Source of the DNA: Candidatus Eiseniibacteriota bacterium
GTDB taxonomy: Bacteria > Eisenbacteria > RBG-16-71-46
Reading direction: 5' to 3'
DNA: 59,410 nt
Assembly (NCBI GenBank): GCA_963725865.1
Contig: CAVSAC010000015.1
Coordinates: 1 to 59,410 of the forward strand
Shown here: positions 1 through 11,413 of the stretch, in pieces
Layout: every line of letters starts with the position of its first letter
Numbering within the stretch: the first letter of the stretch is position 1
Made by a program: the position numbers and the translations under genes
The notes under the pieces: generated by a model
Told to the model about the DNA's origin: nothing
What the model saw: only the letters and a program-made list of their open reading frames with translations
The model's database searches: none

Positions 1-1988
1 ACGCCTCGCGGCCGGGGTTAAACCTCCAGGTGGCCGTCAAGAAGGCGCGGTGTCCCGCGTCATTGACCGATTTGGTCCCAGTTTTGTTGGCGGGATGACA
101 GACTTGGCGGCCGGTCCCGGTCGCGCAATGCAGCCCGTCGTCCCGGAGCGCCCCGGCTATCTCAGCGAAGAAGACCTTGCTCGTCAGCAAATGGCCCAGT
201 CCGCTCAGACCGAATGGGGACCGGCGATGGCGCTCGCTGCAACTGGACCGGCCGCGACTTTTAGACCGGCCGCAGGGACGGTTGGGGTAATGCTTGGTCC
301 CATGGGGGCTAGGATGCTGGAAATGCAAAGAGAGCTAGGCGGCAGGGGCGCGGCTCTGCCAGAACATCCAGTTGTCGGAGCAACAAAAGCAAGAGAAGAA
401 CTTTCTCTACCATCCGATCCGCAGTTACGGGACGCCACGGCACTTGCCATTCTCAAACAAAGAGAGGCATCCGGAAACGTATTGGATAAAGACATATTCA
501 AGCAATCTGGTTGGTATCGCGGGAAAGAGGGCGAAGTTCGTAGAGAGATACCAGATATCGGAGCAAAATTAGAATTAACCGACGCGGAATACCCAAAATT
601 AAAGACTGTGGAAATTGAGGGGAAAAAATATAGAGGGTATGAAATGAAGTGGAATCATCCAATTGGTGATTTCCATGAAATATATGACGTTCCTCCGGTT
701 ATAATGACAAAAGATATTCCATTGGGGGAGGTGGGTTTTTGCCGACTACAAGGCAAATTATAATCGGTGGTAATCCATTTGTTGCCTCCAATATGAAACA
801 GGCGAATAGAGTCATACCACATGAATTTCAACACGTTATCCAAAACGCAGAAGGTATGCTAGGAGGCGGCAATCTTCAAACGGCACCATTATTTACCAAA
901 TACCACGACATTCTAAAGGAACAGCAAGTTACACCTCAATCGATTGAAAATGAGATCGCGCGAGTGCATATTGGGCAACTATTCGGATTCCCAGGAAAGG
1001 AAATGGAAGCCGCTTTGGCGACTTATAAGAAAGTAGCAGGAGAAGCGGAGGCTCGTAATGTTCAACGTCGTCGCGAAAAGAGCTATAGCTATCTTAAGCA
1101 TCCCCACGAAACAGTCGATGTCCCCATAGAGGAGCAGTTAATCCCATACAACCGCACATCGATACCAGAGTTTTCTGATGGCGGCACGGTTGAAGAAGGC
1201 GAAGATAACATGGCTAAAAATGGCGTTATCGGCAAATTTGCCAAGGGTGGTCGCCTGACCAACTACTCCAAAAATATCGAGGACCGCCGGGGAGAAACAG
1301 ATGACGAGGGCGATGCCCGCATTCTGCACGAATTCATGAACCCGCCAAAGTCGGCCCCCAGTGAGCCGGATTCCCCGCTCGCCCATCAGGCGGGCATCAA
1401 GGATATGGAAAGCTTGAGGGAGTGGCATGGCGACCCCATCCAAGGTCTTCTCGAAAGGTTCCATGTCAACGATCCGCATATGGCTGGTGGCGGCGACGTA
1501 TCCAGTTTTGCCCGAAGGGGGGCGTCGTACTCCCTATTCAGGGCAGGTATGCTCAATTCCAGTGTGCCGGGGAGGACCGATAAGCTCCCGATCAATGTCC
1601 CGGCGGGGGCTTACGTATTGCCCGCAGATATTCCCTCCGCCATGGGGCAGGGTAATACCATGGCGGGCGGCAATATTCTCGATAAGATGTTCAACAAGGG
1701 GCCTTACGGGATGGCGCTTCCTCGCGGCGGCGGTCGCGGCGCTCCCCGCATTCCGCGTATGTCCATGCCGCGTATGCGGGCTGACGGCGGTGACGCCGGA
1801 GAAGAAGGCGAGCCAATTCCTATAGTGGCGGCCGGTGGAGAATACATCGTCCATCCAGACGTTGTTTCTGGCATAGGAGGCGGTGATATAAAGAAAGGTC
1901 ATGAAGTTCTTGACGAATTTGTTAAAGCAGGTACGTGATCATCATATCAAAACTCTCAAGGAATCTACCGGGGCCAAAGAAGTCATGA
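1..1988 (+). CDS. Phage large modular (polyvalent-type) protein, C-terminal part: LPD23-like region + HExxH motif + duplicated C-terminal GExV-type units; read frameshifts near 750 and 1930-1960
   Basis: IFKQSGWYRGKEGEVRREIPD (LPD23-like), HEFQHVIQNAEG and YKKVAGEAEARNVQRR, then PGRTDKLPINVPAGAYVLPAD and PIVAAGGEYIVHPDVV. It is the continuation of the gene starting at 7119 on the minus strand. Reconstructed stop TGA 1986-1988 overlaps the next ATG. Confidence 0.7.
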
Positions 1989-2528
1989 CCATCTCTCCAA
2001 GCATCGTCAGAATTGCCACTCGAGAGGACAGGGCCGATATCTGGCGGTTATTCCTTATGGGATTCCGGGAGAATGGTGTCTTCCCTCTGGCCCACGACAA
2101 GGTGGATTTCTTCCTTGACCGGGCGCTTAATGCGGACAAAATCCCTCCAGCGGATACCGGAGGACGTGGGAAGATAGGCGTCATCGGCCCAACCGGAAGG
2201 CTTGGAGGCCATAGCCTTCCTAATGTTGGGGTCTTTCTGGTATTCCCATGAAATATACCTGGAAGAACTTATTGTGTATGTCGATCCAGAATGCAGGGCA
2301 TCCGGTCACGCCAAGGCTTGTATAGCTTGGATGAAAGATACGGCTGACGCCCTTGATATAAAACTATTTACCGGTATTCTAAGTACCGACCGGACAGAGG
2401 CTAAAGTCCGTCTATACGACCGATATCTACCGCGTGTCGGCGCGATGTTTCTCTATCCAATAAGAGGGAGCAACGTAAAGAGAAAAAACCATAATATGGA
2501 GCGAGCCTCGTGGCTTGCTGCAAAGTAG
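1985..2528 (+). CDS. Phage GNAT-family N-acyltransferase (frameshift near 2200)
   Basis: Joining ORFs 1901..2251 and 2202..2528 gives IVRIATRED...LEELIVYVDPECRASGHAKACIAWMK, which contains GNAT motif A (V-x-P-x-x-R-x-x-G-x-A). Confidence 0.7.
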
Positions 2529-2538
2529 GATAACTTGA

Positions 2539-3268
2539 ATGTGCAAGGGCGGCTCAAACACCACTACCCAGACCCAGAACCAGAGCTATACACCAAGTCC
2601 TGCGGTTTCCGGTGCCGGTACACAGGCCATCAATATGGCCCAGAACGCCGCCAGCCAGCCCTTCCAATTGCCTACCGCCCCCGTCGCCGGGTTTACCCCA
2701 TTCCAAGAGCAGGCGTTCAACCAGACCCAGGGCGCGCAAGGGATGGCGCAGCCTTATTTCGACATAGCCTCCCAATATGCCTCCGCTTCAGCGGCCCCCA
2801 CTTCTGCCGGTCAGGTTGCTAATTATCTAAACCCCTACGCCAATTATGTCCTTGGGAACCTTTCTGAAACCCAAGGTACGCAAATGCGCGATCTTACAGG
2901 ACAGGCTACCGGCGCGGCCGGTGGTGTCGGCGCGGACCGCGTTGCCGTGGCGCAGGCCGAGTTGGCAAGACAGCAAGGGTTGGCACGGGGGCAAACTCTC
3001 GCAAATATCTACCAACCTGCACTCGGAGCGGCACAGCAGGAACAGCAGCGCCAAGCCAATGCCGCCTATACCTACGGGATGCTCGGCCCCGCCGCCCAGA
3101 ACACCTATTTGAGCGGCACCAATGCCCTTATGGGCGCTGGCGGCATGCAACAGCAGCTACAGCAAGCGCAGATGAATGCGCCCTACCAAAACCAGCTTGC
3201 AAAGCTCGCTTATCCCTTCCAGACGGCGCAATATCTCGCCAATATTACCGGTGGGCTTGGCCCCGCCA
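2539..3268 (+). CDS. Phage internal virion/DNA ejection (pilot)-type protein, truncated by the fold-back
   Basis: N-terminus MCKGGSNTTTQTQ, Ala/Gln/Gly-rich helical body, RBS agga upstream. Residues after 3268 are the reverse-complement arm. Confidence 0.6.
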
Positions 3269-6200
3269 TGGGTGGGTCCAAGACCACCGCAATATTCTGG
3301 CGAGATATTGCGCCGTCTGGAAGGGATAAGCGAGCTTTGCAAGCTGGTTTTGGTAGGGCGCATTCGTCTGCGCTTGCTGTAGCTGCTGTTGCATACCGCC
3401 AGCGCCCTAAGGGCTCGGTGCCGCTCAAATAGGTGTTCTGGCGGCGGGGCCGAGCATCCCGTAGGTACAGGCGGCATTCGCTTGGCGCTGCTGTTCCTGC
3501 TGTGCCGCTCCGAGTGCAGGTTGGTAGATATTTGCGAGAGTTTGCCCCCGTGCCAACCCTTGCTGTCTTGCCAACTCGGCCTGCGCCATGGCAACGCGGT
3601 CCGCGCCGACGCCACCGGCCGCGCCGGTAGCCTGTCCTGTAGGTCGCGCATTTGCGTACCTTGGGTTTCAGAAAGGTTTCCAAGGACATAATTGGCGTAG
3701 GGGTTTAGATAATTAGCAACCTGACCGGCAGAAGTGGGGGCCGCTGAAGCGGAGGCATATTGGGAGGCTATGTCGAAATAAGGCTGCGCCATCCCTTGCG
3801 CGCCCTGGGTTTGGTTGAACGCCTGCTCTGAAATGGGGTGAATCCGGCGACGGGGGCGGTAGGCAATTGGAAGTGCTGGCTGGCGGCATTCTGGGCCATA
3901 TTGATGGCCTGTGTACCGGCACCGGAAACCGCAGGACTTGGTGTGTAGCTCTGGTTCTGGGTCTGGGTAGTGGTGTTTGAGCCGCCCTTGCACATTCGAG
4001 TTATCCTACTTTGCAGCAAGCCACGAGGCTCGCTCCATATTATGGTTTTTTCTCTTTACGTTGCTCCCTCTTATTGGATAGAGAAAAACATCGCGCCGAC
4101 ACGCGGTAGATATCGGTCGTATAGACGGACTTTGGCCATCTGTCCGGTCGGTGCTTAGAATACCGGTAAATAGTTTTATATCAAGGGCGTCAGCCGGCAT
4201 CCTTCATCCAAGCTATACAAGCCTTGGCGTGACCGGATGCCCTGCATTCTGGATCGACATACACAATAAGTTCTTCCAGGTATATTTCATGGGAATACCA
4301 GAATGACCCCGACATTAGGAAGGCTATGGCCTCCAACCTTCCGGTTGGCCGATGACGCCTATCTTTCCACGTCCACCGGTGTCCGCTGGAGGGATTTTGT
4401 CCGCATTAAGCGCCCGGTCAAGGAAGAAATCCACCTTGCGTGGGCCAAAGGGAAGACTCCATTTTCCCGAAATGCCATAAAGAATAGCCGCCAATGTCGG
4501 CCCTGTCCTCTCGAGTGGCAATTCTGACGATGCTTGAGAGACGGTCATGACTTCTTTGGCCCCGGTACAATTTTGAGGGTTTTGATATGATGACATTTAC
4601 CTGTTTAACAAATTCGTCAAGCACTTCATGACCTTTCTTTATATCACCGCCTCCTATGCCTGAAACAACGTATGGATGGACGATGTATTCTCCACCGGCT
4701 GCAACGATAGGAATTGGTTCGCCTTCTTCTCCGGCGTCACCACCGTCAGCCCGCTACGCGGCATGGACATACGCGGGATGCGGGGAGCGCCGCGACCGCC
4801 GCCGCGAGGAAGCGCCATCCCATAAGGCCCCTTGTTGAACATCTTATCGAGAATATTGCCGCCCGCCATGGTATTACCCTGCCCCATGGCGGAGGGAATA
4901 TCTGCGGGCAGTACGTAGGCCCCCGCCGGGACATTGATTCGGAGCTTATCGGTCCTCCCCGCACACTGGAATTGAGCATCCCTGCCCTGAATAGGGAGTA
5001 TGACGCCCCCCTTCGGGCAAAAGTGGATACGTCGCCACCACCAGCCATATGCGGATCGTTGACATGGAACCTTTCGAGAAGACCTTGGATAGGGTCGCCA
5101 TGCCACTCTTTCAGGCTCTCCATATGTTGATCCCCGCCTGATGGGCGAGCGGGGAATCCGCTCGCTCGGGGCCGACTTCGGCGGGTTCATGAATTCGTGT
5201 AGAATGCGGGCGTCGCCTCTGCGTCATCTGGTTCCCCCCGGCAATCTTCGATGTTTTTGGCGTATTGGTAAACCGACCGCCTTTGGCAAATTTGCCTATA
5301 ATGCCATTTTTAGCCATGTTATCTTCGCTTTCTTCAACCGTGCCGCCATCGGAAAACTCTGGTATCGATGTGTGGTGCATGGGATTAACTGCTCCTCTAT
5401 GGGGACATCGACTGTTTCGTGGGGATGCTTAAGATAGCTATAGCTCTTTTCGCGAAACAACATTGAACATTACGAGCCTCCGCCCCTCGTCTACTTTCTT
5501 ATAAAGGCGCTTCCGTTCCTTTTCCTGGGAATCCGAATAGTTGCCCAATATGCACTCGCGCGATCTCATTTTCAATCGATTGAGGTGTAACTTGCTGTTC
5601 CTTTAGAATGTCGTGGTCTCTGGTAAATAATGGTGCCGTTTGAAGATTGCCGCCTCCTAGCATACCTTTCTGCGTTTTGGATAACGTGTTGGAGACCCAT
5701 ATCATTCTATTCGCCTGTTTCATATTGGAGGCAACAAATGGATTACCACCGATTATAATGTATTGTAGTCGGCAAAAACCCACCCTCCCCCAATGGAATA
5801 TCTTTTGTCATAACCGGAAAACGTTTTTTTTCATCGAAATCGCCCCATTGGATGATTCCACTTCATTTCATACCCTCTATATTTTTTCCCCTTCAATTTC
5901 CACAGTCTTTAATTTTGGGTATTCCGCGTCGGTTAATTCTAATTTTGCTCCGAATCTCGTATCTCTCTCGAACTTCGCCCTCTTTTCCCACAATACCAAC
6001 CAGATTGCTTGAATATGTATCCAATACATTTCCGGATGCCTCTCTTTGTTTGAGAATGGCAAGTGCCATAAGCATCCGCCGTAACTGCCGGATCGGATGG
6101 TAGAGAAAGTTCTTCTCTTGCTTTTGTTGCTCCGACAACTCAATGTCTGGCAGAGCCGCGCCCTTGCCGCCTAGCTCTCTTTTGTATTTCCAGCATCCTA

Positions 6201-6497
6201 GCCCCCATGGGTCCAGAGCATTCTCCCAACCGTCCCTGCGGCCGGTCTAAAAGTCGCGGCCGGTCCAGTTGCAGCGAGCGCCATCGCCGGTCCCCATTCG
6301 GTCTGAGCGGACTGGGCCATTTGCTGACGAGCAAGGTCTTCTTCGCTGAGATAGCCGGGGCGCTCCGGGACGACGGGCTGCCGCAACCGGGACCGGCCGC
6401 CAAGTCTGTCATCCGCCGAGCAAAACTGGGACCAAATCGGTCAATGACGCGGGACACCGCGCGGCCACCTGGAGGTTTAACCCCGGCCGCGAGGCGT

Positions 6498-7119
6498 TGG
6501 GCGGCTACATCAAACGCGCTCGGCTGATCTGGTTGGTCATTATCGTCTGACACGGCACCGCCGTCTGCAAACTTCTTCTCGTGCTCGCGCAGTATTCTCT
6601 GCTTGTCGTGCGGATACGGTTTCAGGTAGAGGCCAACCGGAGGATTCTTTGGGTTCTCGTGCTCGATATGAGAGAGAAGCCCATCCGTGATTTCTTCGTA
6701 GTGTTTCCAGTCAAGGCCGTTGTCTGTGACCCACTTTTTCTCGGCCGGGGTGCCATAATGAACATGCGCTTTCTCGTAAGGCACGCCTTTCTTCATAGCT
6801 GCATGTTCGGCTTTCTCGTGCTGAGAAAGCGGTTCGGCGGGGTCGATTGATTTGGTTCCGCGACCATTGGCGAGCCTCACGTTGATCTGGTGAGGAACGC
6901 GCCGGTCGATATGAACCGTATCACCGTGCTCTGACGCGCCAGCTAAGTATGGAACATCGTGTGAACGATCTACCGCACCACCGCGAGCATACTTCTTGCC
7001 GTACTTGCGGGCTGTGCTCATAGCTGCCGCGATGGCCTGATCGCGAGGATGACCGGCCCTGATCATCTCCCGAATGTTGGAAGACACAGCCTCTCGCGAC
7101 CCGCTTTTATCAGAGGCAT
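6498..7119 (-). CDS. N-terminal part of the phage large modular protein (continues, degraded, through 6497-~4545 and cleanly at 1-1988)
   Basis: Restoring one A in a homopolymer gives MPLIKSGSREAVSSNIREMIRAGHPRDQAIAAA, a common phage N-terminal module. A HEKAEH...YEKAH module follows. ATG overlaps the upstream TAA. Confidence 0.7.
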
Positions 7120-8675
7120 TATCCCGCTACTCCGCTGCAAAGGATCATGTTTTCCGTTCCAAAGAATTGTAGCTGTTGCCAGCGTTTGCGTATTCATGCA
7201 GTACACATATATTTATTCCCATTGACGGGAGGTAGATATTTGAGCAATGTAATTCCGTGTTGCATGAGGTAAAGCCATACCTACCCGCTCGGCTGTTTCA
7301 ACGATTAGTATCCCGGAGTATTGTAGAATTTATCCGATACCGATACTTGTTACCGGCGGAACCTTCCGGCGCTGCAATTGAAGAATCTGATTGAATTACG
7401 ATTGTCGGTCCGTTCAGCCAGCCCAGAAAATGTTGTTAATGAATTTGCGATGGCAGTTGTTGGATGCTCCCCCACGCCGCAGCGGCATATGCCCAAGACG
7501 CGGCCGCGATCACCGGCTTTCAAGATTATTGGCGATTTATTGAAAGCGTTCCATACGCCCCACATCGCGGTTCTGGCCCCATGTACCTGTGACATGTGAC
7601 TGTACCGGTAGTGGAGGCATATATGGAACCAAGATACACAGCGACACCGGACGAGACAGATATGGCAGTGGAACCGCTACCAAGCGTCATGGATACCGTA
7701 TTTACTCTGAACCCATCCAGATAGGAAAGTTGAGCCGACCCGGCTCCTGTTCCGCGAGCGCCTGAACCGGCTGTGATGGACCCGCCACCGGTCGTCCACA
7801 CTGGGCCAACACCAAGCATAACACCGGCAGACGAGTTAGCGATGAATATATCATGAATATTCCCGCTCGCGACCAGAGACGTTGGTAGTGTAACCTGAAA
7901 CTGCGACGGCATCTGATATGGGTATAGTGCCGACCCGTTGCTGAGTGGAACCCAGACCACCGACAAACGGGCGTAGTAAGATCGTAGCGGAGGTGGTGTC
8001 GGCTGTGATGATTGGCGTGCTGCTGACGGGAGTAAGATAGCCCTGCGGCTGCGGAAGGTGGGACCGACAACCTGCCAAACGGCGGTGGCGCTCGTTCCGG
8101 TGGTGACGGCGGCGTTAAGTTGTCTATTGGTAGTATCCCAGACGAAATCGGTCAGAGCGCCGTTTGACGCGGCGGCATTACCGGCCACATTGCCGGTTGG
8201 GGAGCCAAGGTAGGAATACATACGGGCGATGACGTTGCTATCGGCGGCGTAGACATTCGTCCCGTCCGATACAACGAATGTACGGCCACCTTGACCAACA
8301 GCGATACCGCTAGACCCAGCGGCGGCGGTAATCGCTGTCAGTGTGAAGGCACCGCTTGAATTGTTATAAACATCGTAGAATCCGCCCACGGCCGGGAATA
8401 CCAGATTCATGTTCTGGGTGATTACGCCCGGTAATAGGATAGTGGAAATTAAGCCCAATACTCGACGGAAGAGTTATATTGGCAACGGAACTTGCCGCGA
8501 CGGCGCTCCCGGAAGAAAAGGTGGTGGCCCCCGCACTGGTGGACAGGGCAATGCCGTAGGTGGCGAATGCCAAATCAAGATTCTCAATGTCAGCGTTAAT
8601 CGGGGTATCCCAGGCGTTAACGGCTCCGCCGTGGGCTGGGTAGGTCATCCCGCGATTGGTGGTAGGGCTAACCAT
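7119..8675 (-). CDS. Phage tail/fibre-type structural protein (several read frameshifts)
   Basis: N-terminus TNRGMTYPAHGGAVNAWDTPINADIENLD resembles podovirus tail proteins. The body is Ser/Thr/Gly-rich and beta-prone across ORFs 8364..8675 and 7526..8458. Confidence 0.6.
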
Positions 8676-8686
8676 GGCTCATGTCC

Positions 8687-8905
8687 TTACGTGTAAAGCG
8701 CGACCTTGTAGGAGGCCCCGGATGATGTTTGGACCGTCAAAAACCCGACCGCCTGAGATGATGTAAAGGTGACAGTTCCAGCGGTGGCGGCGGAAGTGCT
8801 TACGCTGGTCGCCTGCGGGAATGTCCTGGATAACTGCGTAATGAGGTTATTAATCGCAGTTACGCCATTCTGCATAGACGTGTAGATTTCTGTCAAACCA
8901 GCCAT
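8687..8905 (-). CDS. Small phage structural protein (72 aa)
   Basis: Clean ORF between the stabilisation and tail genes; MAGLTEIYTSMQNGVTAINNL. Confidence 0.65.
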   Translation of the reverse strand: MAGLTEIYTSMQNGVTAINNLITQLSRTFPQATSVSTSAATAGTVTFTSSQAVGFLTVQTSSGASYKVALYT

Positions 8906-8906
8906 T

Positions 8907-9990
8907 TTATCTCCGACCTGCCGCTTGCCACCTATAGGTACATCTACCCAAACGCCAAAAACTCCCCAAATCGTCGCTCTCTACTCGGATACTCATATAC
9001 CGGCCGCGCAGGCGAGGGGCAAGATATTCCGTGTTTTGTGTAAAGGTGAATGGTCCGTAGACCCGAGGGGTGTCGCCCGGATAATCAACCGCCTTGAATG
9101 TAACCTGACAACTGGCGGTCTTGGCCCCTGAATAGGTGCCGAATTTCATATCCGGAAGCACCCAATCGACAAAGCTTAGAAGATTGCCCTCCGCTATCGA
9201 CCAGTAGCCGCTCTCGAACACACCATTGATTGGTATTCCGCTGGCGTCATAACCTATCTCATGCTGATAAATATTGGTCGTATCGGTGCCAATTGGGTTG
9301 CCGAGAAGGGTAACGTCTGTCCACGCCGTTCTTGTGAGAAACCCATAATCCCACTCTTGCTCAAGAGTATTATACTTGACATACGCCGAGTTCTCTCCGT
9401 TACCTCCGGTAACCGGGAAGTACCATGAAATCTCATTGAACATACTATTCGGGGCACATCTTATCTTATAGGCGTTGGCCGTATCAAGATTCTGAAAGAC
9501 AAAATCCCATACCGAGCACGGAATAGGAACGACACCGCTTGGCCCGAGCATGAAGAAGTTGTTTGTCCCGCACCAATATACAGTCCCGCCGATAATCCCC
9601 ATGGCGTGTTTGCCGATCAGCCCGCACCCGCTGCCGACGCGGTTAAAGTTGAATATTATGGTGCCGCCGATATACTGCATTGTCCAGCAATCAACATCGG
9701 TCCATATAATTCCTTGAGTCGGGGCTTGTATCCCGCCGACGATCTTCGACCCCGTTGGTATCTTGAACGAACCGGCCGTAGTTTGGCTGGAAACAACCCA
9801 ATTGGTATAGTCTCCAGCGTTGCACCAGCGAACAAGAAGCGGGTCTTGCGCCCCTGTCGCCTGAGCCGATCTCCACGCCACCAATATCTGCTGCGGCATC
9901 GACGTAAATATTCCGCCATTGGTGAACGGTGCCCCAGATACAACCGCAGCATTGGTATACCCGCCATCATGGGACCAAATATAAATAGCC
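8907..9990 (-). CDS. Phage head-tail stabilisation / tail nozzle protein (P22 gp10-like), 5' end missing
   Basis: DPLLVRWC...AGSFKIPTGSKIVGG...GCGLIGKHA...PIPCSVWDFVFQN...PRLRGRYMSIRVESDDLGSFWRLG is the pattern of this podovirus family. It is cut off at the GC jump near 9990. Confidence 0.7.
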
Positions 9991-10001
9991 AGGAGCCCCG
10001 G

Positions 10002-10727
10002 ATGCACCTGCACAGTGGAGCACGAAGCTGTCCCGCCAGTCGAGTCCTGTTGGTCCAGCGCGCCAGGTGTGAAGGCTGGACCGTGATCGCAGCGCGCGCG
10101 CCGCCGGCATCAGCCGCCAGACCGCGCACAAGTGGCTGGCCCGCCGCCGTGAGGGCGAGGCGAACCTGCTCGATCGGCGTTCGCGCCCGCGACGCATGCC
10201 GACACTCACCCCCGCGGAGTGGCGCCAACTGATCCTGGAGCTGCGCCAGCTGCGGATGACCGGGGCGCAGATCGCGGCGCGCTTGAAGCGGCCGCGGGCG
10301 ACGGTCGCACGGGTGCTGCAGCGCGCCGGTGCGACGCTACGAGCGCGCCCGGCCCGGCGAGTTGCTGCACCTGGCCGCGAAGAAGCCGGGGCGTATCACT
10401 GGCTTCTTCGGCCACCGCATCACCGCTGACCGCAGTCGTCGCCGCCAGAGTGCCGGCCGGGAGCACGTCCATGTGGTGATCGACGACCACGCGCGGCTCG
10501 CCTACGTCGAGGTGCTGCGGCACGAGCGCGGCGAGACCACGGCGGCGTTTCTGCGTCGCGCGCTGGCCTGGTACACACGCCTCCGGGTGCGGGTCACCGC
10601 GATCATGACCGACAACGCCTCGGGCTACGTCGGTCGCCGCTTCGCCCCGCTCTGCGCTCAGCTGGGGATGCGCCACCTGCGCACCCGACCCTACCGGGGG
10701 TGCACCAATGGCAAAGCGGAACGCTGA
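10002..10727 (+). pseudogene. IS481-family transposase remnant
   Basis: RBS aggag at 9991 and start MHLHSGARSCPASRVLLVQR. Also RYERARPGELLHL..KK, VIDDHARLAYVE, MTDN and TRPYR..TNGKAER followed by a stop. The first catalytic Asp position reads Ala, there are frameshifts, the C-terminus is missing and no terminal IRs are seen. Confidence 0.85.
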
Positions 10728-10786
10728 CGTCTTGAGGCTCCACATATAGCGCGGCCGCGCGCCCTCCCCGTCGCACCCGCGACGAC

Positions 10787-10818
10787 GGAGCCCCGGTGGA
10801 TCGCTCCACCGGGGCTCC
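10787..10818. terminator. 14-bp stem hairpin, probable terminator
   Basis: ggagccccggtgga-tcgc-tccaccggggctcc downstream of the minus-strand gene ending at 10891. Confidence 0.55.
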
Positions 10819-10890
10819 TGGCATCACGCGGGACCCGTCCCCTTGCCCTGGCACCGAATCGACGGGGCGCGTGACGGAATCAGCGCTCGC

Positions 10891-11214
10891 TCACGGTGCG
10901 ACGCGGGCGTTGTGCTTGAGGCGGTGGATCTGCCGGCTCTGGCGGTTCTGTGCGCGCTCGATGCGGGCGCGCTCGAGGGGCCCGATCCTGCCATCGTTGG
11001 CCCGGGCGCGCGCCTCCATGCGATCGACGCGGGCCTGGCCGCGCTCGAGGCGCACGGTCTCGCGCGGAGTGAGCGCGCCGGTGCGCACGCCCTGGGCGAT
11101 GCGGCGGTCCTGGCTCGCCTCGCGGCGCTCCTGGCGCGCGGTGCCAGCGAACGCGGCGGTGGCGAAGACGGCCGCGAGGGCGGCGATCACGACGACGGTG
11201 AGCGTGCGCTTCAT
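10891..11214 (-). CDS. Small secreted Arg-rich helical protein
   Basis: RBS aggagg, signal peptide MKRTLTVVVIAALAAVFATAAFA, and QDRRIAQGVRTGALTPRE..RL repeats. Confidence 0.75.
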   Translation of the reverse strand: MKRTLTVVVIAALAAVFATAAFAGTARQERREASQDRRIAQGVRTGALTPRETVRLERGQARVDRMEARARANDGRIGPLERARIERAQNRQSRQIHRLKHNARVAP

Positions 11215-11277
11215 GGGGATCCTCCTGAGGGGCCGGGGTGGTCGATCGGGGCGCTGCTCGTGACGCCGAAGCCAGGG

Positions 11278-11293
11278 AGCAGCCCGCGTGCCG
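11278..11293 (-). promoter_or_regulatory. Putative sigma54 -24/-12 promoter
   Basis: Minus strand cGGCACGcgggcTGCT, GG-N10-GC spacing, about 65 bp upstream of the start codon. Confidence 0.45.
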
Positions 11294-11413
11294 TGGCCGG
11301 TTTCGGAGTTCTCAGCCTTGGCGCGCAACGGCTTGAACGCCGGCGGGGGCGCAGGCCCGGGCCGCGGGTGTCCCGGCGGGGGCATCCCGGGTGGACCGCC
11401 TGCCCCGGGTGGT

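Larger units (their letters stand above)
1..6497. repeat. Loopless inverted repeat (fold-back): arm 1-3268 vs arm 3269-6497; probable long-read artefact
   Basis: Window start acgcctcgcggccggggttaaacctccagg reappears reverse-complemented, ending at 6497. The symmetry centre is CCATGG at 3266-3271, inside an ORF. The second arm has many more indels and substitutions than the first. Confidence 0.95.
1..9990. mobile_element. Fragment of a tailed phage (podovirus-like) virion morphogenesis/ejection module
   Basis: Gene order is stabilisation protein, small protein, tail protein, large modular protein, GNAT, Gly/Gln/Ala-rich ejection-type protein. Genes are tightly coupled (TAATG/ATGA overlaps). 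GC is far below the rest of the window. Confidence 0.8.

Noticed and set aside
3157..6500. Second set of phage genes on the minus strand
   Set aside because: They are the error-rich reverse-complement arm of 1-3268, not independent paralogues.
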